Origin: Octopus bimaculoides
Taxonomy: Eukaryota
Direction of reading: 5' to 3'
Length of the DNA: 64,000 bases
Assembly (NCBI RefSeq): GCF_001194135.2
Contig: NC_068988.1
Coordinates: 84,442,744 to 84,506,743 of the forward strand
Both the position numbers and the translations under genes were made by a program. The notes under the pieces are model-generated. The model saw only the letters and a list, made by a program, of their open reading frames with translations, was not told where the DNA came from and ran no database searches. Shown here piece by piece: positions 51,968 to 61,220 of this stretch; the first letter of the stretch is position 1; each line of letters opens with the position of its first letter.

Positions 51968-52833
51968 CTCCCCCTTTGTAAACATAAGGGCACAGGAAAT
52001 GTGTCAAGTCTGACAGGAAGCGATGCTTCCTAGGGCTAAATAGCAGTAGTATTATTGCATTTCATACAAAAGCATCATGCAATCTAATCTTTGCTCAGAT
52101 AATCATTTTGTAGGTCCATCTTGTTCTTATTCAGGTTGTAAGACTTTCAGAGCACCTTCTACCACTGCTGATTGGAATATTTAGGTAAAAGAGGCTATCA
52201 ACAACCTCTATGGAACCTTTTGAACATAGGAAAGAATTTATTTTACTAATGCTCTAACTGTGAACCACTCATCTGCATCTACCTCACACAGTCTTTTCTA
52301 CCAGCCTGCCATTAATCCTACTACATATCTTGTACATTCTAAAGACCACATTGAATATGCTCTATGTAATTTCTACCTATTCCTTTTCTGTATATCAATT
52401 ATGGCATTTACCCAATTGCAACAGGGCCCTGTCTTTCTTGCTTACTAAACTGCAGTCTTTGTTACGTTTACTTTGTGGCCTCTTGATTCTAGGTTTTGTT
52501 TCTACATCTGGAATTTTTTAGTCCTTTTCTAGCTCAACAAATGCTAGGTAGAGGGGCTTACTCTTAGCTAAAAAAAACCTCCCCCCCCCAAAAAAAACTT
52601 CCCTTGTAGTTGTCTCATGAGGAAAAGAGTATCAATAATAGCCAACTTGGCACAAATTCAAACTGCAACTCATTCCAGTGGTTCTCTTCCAAATCATGTT
52701 TTTTGTTTCTTTCATAACTTGCTGTATCAGTTGTTTATTCTTTCTAGAGAATCTCTTTTACCCTTATATATATATATAGTGTGTCTTTGTCTCAGTTGGG
52801 TGCTAACAATAACTAATATAATTTTAATATATA

Positions 52834-53390
52834 TCATCATCATTGAATGTCTATTTTCATGCTGGCATGGGTTGGACTGTTTGACAAGAACTAGCAAGGA
52901 AGGGAAATGTACCAAGGTCTATTGTCTGTTTTGGCATGATTTCTATGACTAGATACCTTTTCTAAGGCTAACTACTTTACAGAGCATACTGGATGCTTTT
53001 TCATAGCACCAGGACTGGCAGGGTCACCAAGCAACTTGCAAGACAATCTCCCTTTGGCTAGGGGAGTGGGAGGGGGAGTGGGAGTGGGAGGGGATAATAT
53101 TGAGGGAGGTAGTTGTGTGCCAGTTGGTGAGTAGTTTAAAGAATAACAGAGGGATAGAGATAGGGAGTTTTCTGTAGAAGAGATATAAGGACACTCCAAT
53201 TGACAAGATAGGGAGACTAAGAAAAATAGAGATGGAGAGAGTGAGAGAGATGGTAGTGGATATATATGAAGATATACCCTCAAGGTACAGCGGAGAGGGT
53301 GAATACTGGTGAAATAACAGAGTATTGGGCTGGGTGAGTGGGTATGGGGACAGAGGGGAAAGTTTCATAAGAATGAAGAGAGATGGTTAG
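52834..53390 (-). mobile_element. Decayed RTE 3' UTR fragment (long-UTR subfamily)
   Basis: CATCATCATTGAATGTCTATTTTCATGCTGGCATGGG tail and GGGTCACCAAGCAACTTGCAAGACAA, shared with 44121-45500. Confidence 0.7.
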
Positions 53391-53686
53391 ATCCACTATA
53401 TATATATTATCTATTGTAGGTCTTTTGTCACTGATGGGTGCTCACAATAATATTTTAATACACTCCACCACCTTTATTATCAAGAGCCTAAAGTTGATAC
53501 ATAGTTGATAAATACAAGAACCAATAACAGTGTATATACATATTTTGTTGCCATAGTTTATGGCAGTTGATTTATGGTAGTAAAAGTAATTTTTTGGGTT
53601 ACTTTTTATTGAGTTTTGAAAAGAATTCTTCAATATTTGGGTAATATTTGCTTTTTCTCTGTGTATAATAATCAGTAAAATTGAAC

Positions 53687-53717
<31 letters not shown>

Positions 53718-53819
53718 ATTGAAACTACCTCCCACCATTAGATACAAACTACTATCGCCATTACATACAATCTTCTCATTTAAATATAAATAAATGCGAG
53801 CGTAGTAGAGAACCCATTC

Positions 53820-54030
53820 CTTGTCCATCACGTGACTGATCATTATTCGAATTGGCAACTTCTTCGAACCGTTCCCGCCAGAACGCGAACTGACCAATCA
53901 CGGCCCCTAATAAGGTCACGTGATGGAGTAAAATTCTAAAGGCATTTGGAGCCCTCTTAACGCTATATATAGATCAACTCATACCCAATAATTTGTACCA
54001 CACGACAGCAGCAGCAGCCAGCGACCACTT
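53820..54030 (+). promoter_or_regulatory. CpG-rich promoter-like module: two E-boxes, two CCAAT boxes, E2F-type site, TATA box
   Basis: TCCATCACGTGAC (53824-53836) and its reverse complement GTCACGTGATGGA (53915-53927), ATTGG (53851-53855), TTCCCGCC (53872-53879), CCAAT (53894-53898) and TATATATA (53964-53971). CpGs are dense here while the flanks are CpG-poor. Confidence 0.65.
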
Positions 54031-54999
54031 TATATCAAACAAAAAGCTTTTTTGTTCTATGAGAAACTGACTGCCACCCAGGCAGTCATGTTGTACACTT
54101 CCTACCAGTAATTACTGAGGAAAACAATTTACATTTTTTTTTATCATTATCAAGCCTTTCACATAAATGGTATACTGTCAGCATTGATAATTTAAAATTT
54201 TTGTTTTATTTTTTTATTTCCTTAGTTTTACATCATCTATCATGAGAATATTAAATGTGTGACCTATCTGTTTAAATACTTATCTGCATGTGGTTGTCTG
54301 TCTCCTTGATCATTCACTTATATATATATATATACACTAATCGGAAGTAATCAAGTGTTCTTATTGAGTGAGGATTACCTTTTTTTTTTTATTGTTTCTT
54401 TTGTCATATCCTTGAAAATGCATGTGGTTGGTGTGATGTGATATAATATTAAAGTGGATGGTATATTTGTTTCATTGCAGGTCAGTAGTTTGTCAAGTAT
54501 TTTACTAAATCTTGAAGAGGAAATAGTAGCCTTTTGTGGTGGAGTTTTCACTATGTGAAATACATGTACTCTCTATAAAATGTCATTAGAGATTATGGTA
54601 AAATCCAGCATTTGTCATCTGTAGTATAGAATGGGAATTATTTTGCCCTTACTGAAATAAAAATACTAATACCTCTATCTACAACCATGTATTCTCCATA
54701 TCCCTTCTTAGAGGAATGTGACATTTCTCCTCCCACTCTTTCAATTATAAATTATAAAAACAGACAACAAACTGTCAATCTTTGTTACTTTGTGACAAAT
54801 TTTCTGACAGCCTTTACTGGCTACCATTACTGTTAGAAAACTAGCTGGGGTCAAATTTGCCTTTTATCTTAAAATAAGTACCAGTTCAAGTATATAATTG
54901 ACTATTCTCCCCTCCTTAAAATCAGAGCTCTGTGCCATAATTCATGCTTCCATGGTCTACAGACTCAAATAATCAAGTACTGGGGTCAATATGATCAAC

Positions 55000-55075
55000 T
55001 GTTCCTCACCACAGAATTTGTGACCTTGTGCCAATTAATATTGGCACAAGGTCACAAATTTTGTGGTGAGGAACA
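55000..55075. repeat. 36-bp-arm near-perfect hairpin (4-nt loop) formed from SINE family A 3' ends
   Basis: TGTTCCTCACCACAGAATTTGTGACCTTGTGCCAAT-TAAT-ATTGGCACAAGGTCACAAATTTTGTGGTGAGGAACA, with a single G:T mismatch. Confidence 0.9.
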
Positions 55076-57585
55076 ATAATGTTTTAATGAACTTATTATT
55101 AGGGCTGGGGATGAGAGAATTGGTAGAGTGTCAGACAAGATGCCTTTCATCTTTACAGGGAAAGAGTGTCAAAAAAAGTTCAAGGGTCACTTTCATAAAC
55201 AGCAACTCCCTAGCAGAGTTGTGGCTTTCTCTGTATGTCAAAAATCATTATTATCCACTATATTTAAAATCTAATAAATTATCAAAAAAAAAAGTTTCTA
55301 TTGCTGTTATTAACTATTATGTGTGTGTGTGTGTGTGTGTGTTTTAGAAGTGAATAATTCTGACTTAAAAAAACAAACACCCTCCCCCTCAAAAAAAGAA
55401 AAAAAAAAGAAATAATAATGGCTACCATGACCTGTCAGTAGTAGTAGTCATCTGTCAACTTGTTAAATATTGTGTTTATTTATTTGGCTTTTCAGAGCAG
55501 CTATACATTCTTTCAGGGAGGGGGATGTGTGCTCATTCCCCGTCTCTTGTTATATACTTTTGTAACTTGTATTGGATATCTTCATTACCCCAGTTTACAG
55601 ATAACCATGCATCACCATCAAGAATTTAAGCCAATGACCTCTAAATTTCGAATTTTTTTCCCCAGCCAGTTTTCAGTGAATCTGATGGCACTTAGTGAAG
55701 CAGTCCTCTCCTCTATCCTTGCTGCTGTTAATATAAATTAACCTACACCAACATAAAACCATACCCACAAAGACAAATCAGTTGTAAGATCATTGCTATA
55801 ATAATCCTTCAGCTAACATTTTCTGATCAAATTTTACTATCTCATTTTGTGCATATATGTGAATGTATAACACACACACGTGCACACTCACACACACATG
55901 CGCGTGCACACTCACACACTTGTTTTTTTTCTAGATATCAAATGCATACAAAGAATGAGTTAATATCCCTATTTCACTCGCAACTAGGCTTTGTAATCAT
56001 TTTTATTTTCTCTAATGTCCACTTTTCCATGCTTGCATGGGTTAGACAGAATTTATTGAAGCAGATTTTCTATGGCTGGATACCCATCCTATCACCAGCC
56101 CTCATCTATTTTCATGCAAGGTTATACTTCATTGTCAAACATGTTTGGGAAGACTACCGAAAACAAATGACACTACATGTATGGCAGTGATGCTTAATTG
56201 CCACTTTTNNNNNNNNNNNNNNNNNNNNNNNNNNNNNNNNNNNNNNNNNNNNNNNNNNNNNNNNNNNNNNNNNNNNNNNNNNNNNNNNNNNNNNNNNNNN
56301 NNNNNNNNNNNNNNNNNNNNNNNNNNNNNNNNNNNNNNNNNNNNNNNNNNNNNNNNNNNNNNNNNNNNNNNNNNNNNNNNNNNNNNNNNNNNNNNNNNNN
56401 NNNNNNNNNNNNNNNNNNNNNNNNNNNNNNNNNNNNNNNNNNNNNNNNNNNNNNNNNNNNNNNNNNNNNNNNNNNNNNNNNNNNNNNNNNNNNNNNNNNN
56501 NNNNNNNNNNNNNNNNNNNNNNNNNNNNNNNNNNNNNNNNNNNNNNNNNNNNNNNNNNNNNNNNNNNNNNNNNNNNNNNNNNNNNNNNNNNNNNNNNNNN
56601 NNNACACACACACACACACACAAAAAAAAAAAAAGACTTTCATGTGTCTACCAAATCTTCTTGCAGAGTTATAATTGAAGATACTTGCCCAAGGTGCCAT
56701 ACCCAAGGTAGGCTTGAACCCCAAACCATGTAGTTGGGAATCAAACTTCTTAACAGCATAGCCACATCTTAAATTTATTTAGTTTTTCTGATCCATGTTG
56801 TAGTGTGCATAAGTTATCTGTCTATCTGTCATCCATCTGTTTATCTGTGTGTGTGTGCATGCATATGTAAGTAGTTATATAGATTAGTGCAAACACTTGT
56901 GTGCCAACGGTGCTGCTGTATTCAATCTCCAAATGCAGGAGTCGATTTTTTCATCAAGTAGTGAAGTAGCTCTGTAGGTGTTTTGGCATGCACTCATACC
57001 TATACATACACATAGACATAAATAAATATGCATACATATATATATACACTCGAACATAAAAATATCGTCATACATTCATTTTTATCGGTTTGATGGGTTT
57101 TCTAACTATGTAGTTGGTTCAATTCTTATTTATTCATATTTATTTATACATTCCTGTTTAATGCTTAGGTTAGAAGGAATGTGGCAGAGGGAATAAGGCA
57201 TTCAGCTAGTGTTTATTGGGTCTTGAGTTCAAGTTTTCTGCTAGTATTTCATCATGATTCTAAGCAAGGCACTTAAATTCTAAGTTTTAGCCTCACCATT
57301 AGTTGTGTAGGGAACAAATTAGAAAGATTGACCAACTGGGGTACATATTGTGAAAACTAACAGAAGAACTTTGTACTAATTCTTTTCTTTTTACTTTTAT
57401 GTGTTTCTGTGTGTCACCATAGACATAGGAAGACGTGTTGAAAACTTTCTTTTAGGAAGCTGAACCTAACAAAAGTGATGAGGTTACTATAATAGGTGGC
57501 CTCTAGTAAAGAAGACTTGTCTAACCTTCATTAATTTGGAAAAATGGATGATGTAAAATGATGCTGTATCTATGTACAGGCATGT

Positions 57586-57632
<47 letters not shown>

Positions 57633-57650
57633 GTTAGTGTGTGCGTGTGT

Positions 57651-57898
57651 GGCCACTGGTATGCAGAAAGCACCATTCAAGCATGGTCGATGCCAGTACC
57701 GCCTGACTGGCCCTCGTACCAGTGGCACGTATAAAGCACCCACTACACTCTCGGAGTGGTTGATGTTAGGAAAGGCATCCAGCTGTAGAAACCTTGCCAG
57801 ATCAGATTGGAGCCTGGTGCAGCCGTCTGCCTTGCCAGCCCTCAGTCAAGCCGTCCAAGCCATGCCAGCATGGAAAGCGGATGTTAAACGATGATGAT
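57651..57898 (+). mobile_element. RTE 3' tail fragment
   Basis: AAAGCACCCACTACACTCTCGGAGTGGTTGATGTTAGGAAAGGCATCCAGCTGTAGAAACC...CCATGCCAGCATGGAAAGCGGATGTTAAACGATGATGA. Confidence 0.8.
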
Positions 57899-58691
57899 AT
57901 ATATATATGCATATCTGATTATATTTGGTATAAATACATAGGCATATATAGCAGTATGTTTCCACAAATACAAGCTGTACATACACTGTACTAATTTTAC
58001 AGTCTGACAAAATTAGCAGTCTGTAAGTACAAAATTGGAGGTAACTTTTATACAGTTTTGTCCTCTTAATGTGTCACATACACATTACTGAGATGCTTGA
58101 CATTTCATTCTGATTCACAACCATTCATAATGATCATCTAAATGCAGGCGTAAATGTAGTATAGTCACAATGAAAGTACCAGTAATTAGTCTGACTATTC
58201 CTTATTCTGACCACATTTGTGATATATATATATATATATATCTATATATATATATATATATATGCTGTAACAAAAGAGAAAGACAAAAAAGAAAACCTGT
58301 TAGTGACTATGTAGTTAGTTTAATCTTTTTTTCTTATTATTTTAGAGTTCCTGTGAATGGTTAGAGGTGATGATACTCTTTGCCTTTTAATGTTGGGGAT
58401 AGAAGCAAAGTAGTGGAGTGAATAAGGCGTTTTGAGTTCAAATTTTCTGCAAGTGTTTCTTCATACTGAATTCTCTGTTTCAAGCTCCATCTTAGTGGTG
58501 TGGGGAACTGATAGCTAATCTTTCTGAACTGAATCAATGCATAGAACCCATGCTTCTCTTTAGTTTTCCCACTAAATAAGATGCTGGACTATTGAGAGCA
58601 GCTTTTTCCATGGATTGAATTTAATTCTGCACCTTTGCTTAACAATAAGCAGATGATATGTATGTATGTATGTATGTATGCATGTATGTGT

Positions 58692-59158
58692 GAAATCGAA
58701 ATCGAGTTAAATTCGACGACTGGCACCCATGCCAATGTCGTCTCCTCCATTGGACACGAAACTCAGCTTGCGAAGACTTGTTGGGGCAAGCGAAAGCGAA
58801 ATCGTGATGGCACCTGTGCCCAGCGTCGCCTTTCTGGCACTTGTGCCCGCGGCATGTGTAAGGACTTTCAAGCGAGATCATTGCCAGTGTCCCTGGACTG
58901 GCTCTTGTGCAGGTGGCACATAAAATACACCATTTTGAGCGTGGCTGTTGCCAGTACCGCCTGACTGGCCCTCGTGCTGGTGGCACATAAAAGCACCCAC
59001 TACACTCTGAGTGGTTGGCGTTAGGAAGGGCATCCAGCTCTAGAAACTCTGCCAAATCAAATTGGAGCCTGGTGTAGCCATCTGGTTTCACCAGTCCTCA
59101 GTCAAATCGTCCAACCCATGCAAGCATGGAAAGCGGACGTTAAACGATGATGATGATG
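58692..59158 (+). mobile_element. RTE 3' UTR plus tail
   Basis: Reverse complement of much of 14330-14810; ends CATGGAAAGCGGACGTTAAACGATGATGATGATG. Confidence 0.85.
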
Positions 59159-59509
59159 TATGTACGTACGTACATATATATGTATATATATGTAATGTAG
59201 TCAAAGAACTAAAGTCCCTTAAGGGATGCAAACATCCTAGTTCTCTGGTTTATACCAGTGTACAGTGAAAACCAAGTTTATTAGTCTGTCATTGAAATGC
59301 ATAAGTATTAAAAAACTTTATGAATGAGAAAATGAAGAAAATAGAAATAAATTGAGGTACAGACGTTATTCATTCAAAGACATTCCAATTCTTGTAGAGA
59401 AATTCCTGTCTACAGCTGTTTCTACACTCAACCAATTCAATTATAGAAATAAAATTCAAATTCTCATATTTGAAACCAGTCAGTTGGGTATTTCTTCAAG
59501 GAAAATTTC

Positions 59510-60179
59510 CAAAAGGAAGTTACATTATGATGTGTAGGCTAGCCTATGACAAACTCAGATATGTGTGTTTTCTTGAATACAAGTGTTTCTTAGAAAGTCG
59601 TTATTACCATATTTGTATAAACAAACACATTCAACATATTTATGCTCATGCAAATATACACAATAGTTCATTGATGGCGTTATAGTAGCTAAGAAGACAG
59701 AGATACTACAAAGAGAAAGATAGATAAAAACTAGTGAGTTGAGGAGGACGTTATAGATAAAACATGAAGGAGAAGGCAGCTACACATATCAAGTAGTTGA
59801 GCATATGCCTGTTAATAATACTGAAGATTATTAAAATATATCAAATTCCATTTAGTTCCACCTAAAATTTGCGTAAATATATGGTCAATACTCATGACAT
59901 AAACACAAGCAGAACCTACATATTACTATATATAGTAAGTTTCAGTTCAATAGGTTACTGTTGGAATTTGTACTAAATATTTCAGAGAAGTATGTTTAAT
60001 CAAATTTACAGTAAAATAGATATACATTACCACTTATATTAGATTTAACTTATATTTACAGTATTTAATAAGTATATTATTATTCAGTATATTAAACCCC
60101 CAAAAACTGCATTCAAGAAAACACACACATCTGAGTTTGTCGTAGGTTAGCCTACACATCGCAATGTAACTTCCTTTTG
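59510..60179. mobile_element. Fold-back/MITE-like segment with 72-bp terminal inverted repeats
   Basis: 59510-59581 and the reverse complement of 60108-60179 differ at 6 of 72 positions, all transitions. The interior is AT-rich and non-coding, and no TSD is recognisable. Confidence 0.65.
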
Positions 60180-61138
60180 TTGGTGCTTGTATGACAGGCA
60201 CTAGTGTAACAAAAACAGCCAAAATGTTTGGTGTACCAAGAAGTACTGTCTTGAAAGTAATGACAGCCTTTGAGAAAGAAGGAAAAAAACCTCCTTGTCG
60301 AAACAAAACTCTGGAAGAAAACTAAAACTTTCAGATAGGAACCATTGGACTCTTATGCGAATTGTTAGAAATGATCACAAAAGTACATCCCAAAATTACT
60401 GCAGAGCTTAATGACCACCTTGAGAACCCAATTTCCACAAAACTGTTTGCTGGCAGCTGCACAAAGCTGGATTTCACTGGAGGGCTGCAATCAGAAAACA
60501 ACTATTTTCAAAAGCAAACGTTGCAAAGGGTTTAAAGTGGAGTAAAAACCTACAGAATTGGTCCCTAGAGCAGTGGAAGAATTCTATCTTCTTGGACAAG
60601 TCATCCTTTTTCTTATTTCCAACCACCGGCCAAGTATACGTGTGGAGACAGCCAAAAGTAGCATTTGACCCAGACTGCCTCCTTCAAACTGTTAAACATG
60701 GAGGAGGATTTGTGATGATCTGGGGGCTATATCTTGGAAATCCGCCAGCTCAATGGTTTCCCTTCATGGCAGAATTAATAGTCAAGACTATTTAAGCATT
60801 TTATCTGATCAAATTCATCCTATGGTTGCAGAACTGTTTCTGGAGGGAAACACATTCTTTCAGGATGATAATGCACCAATTCACACAGCTAAAGATGTTA
60901 CTGAATGGCATGCAGAGCATTCTAGTGAAGTTGAACATCTTATCTGGCCACCACAGTCCCCAGATCTCAATATTATTGAACATTTATGGTGCATTTTAGA
61001 AAAACAAGTAAGGAGTCGATATCTTCCACCATCAACACTACAAGAACTGGAGACTGTTTTAGCTGAAGAATGGACAAAAATTCCTTTGGAAACAATTCAA
61101 ACTTTGTACGAGTCCATATGTTGTAGAATTCAAGCTGT
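60177..61138 (+). mobile_element. Tc1-like transposase pseudogene (frameshifted; start missing, end in gap), DD36E/37E spacing
   Basis: VGACMTGTSVTKTAKMFGVPRSTV, SGRKLKLSDR, AAIRKQL, FLDKSSF, TVKHGGG, FFQDDNAPIHTAK and WPPQSPDLNIIEHLW. Confidence 0.9.
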
Positions 61139-61176
61139 NNNNNNNNNNNNNNNNNATATATTTAGTCTGTCATACC

Positions 61177-61220
61177 GGCCATGATGAAATACCACAAGGT
61201 ATAGAAAATACGTATTCGCC
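61177..61220 (+). ncRNA. Degenerate type I hammerhead-like motif
   Basis: GGC-CATGATGA-A-ATACC(ACAA)GGTAT-A-GAA-AATACGTATT-C-GCC: 3-bp helix I, 5-bp stem II, 10-nt palindromic helix III and a UUC triplet, with an extra A in the core. Confidence 0.5.
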
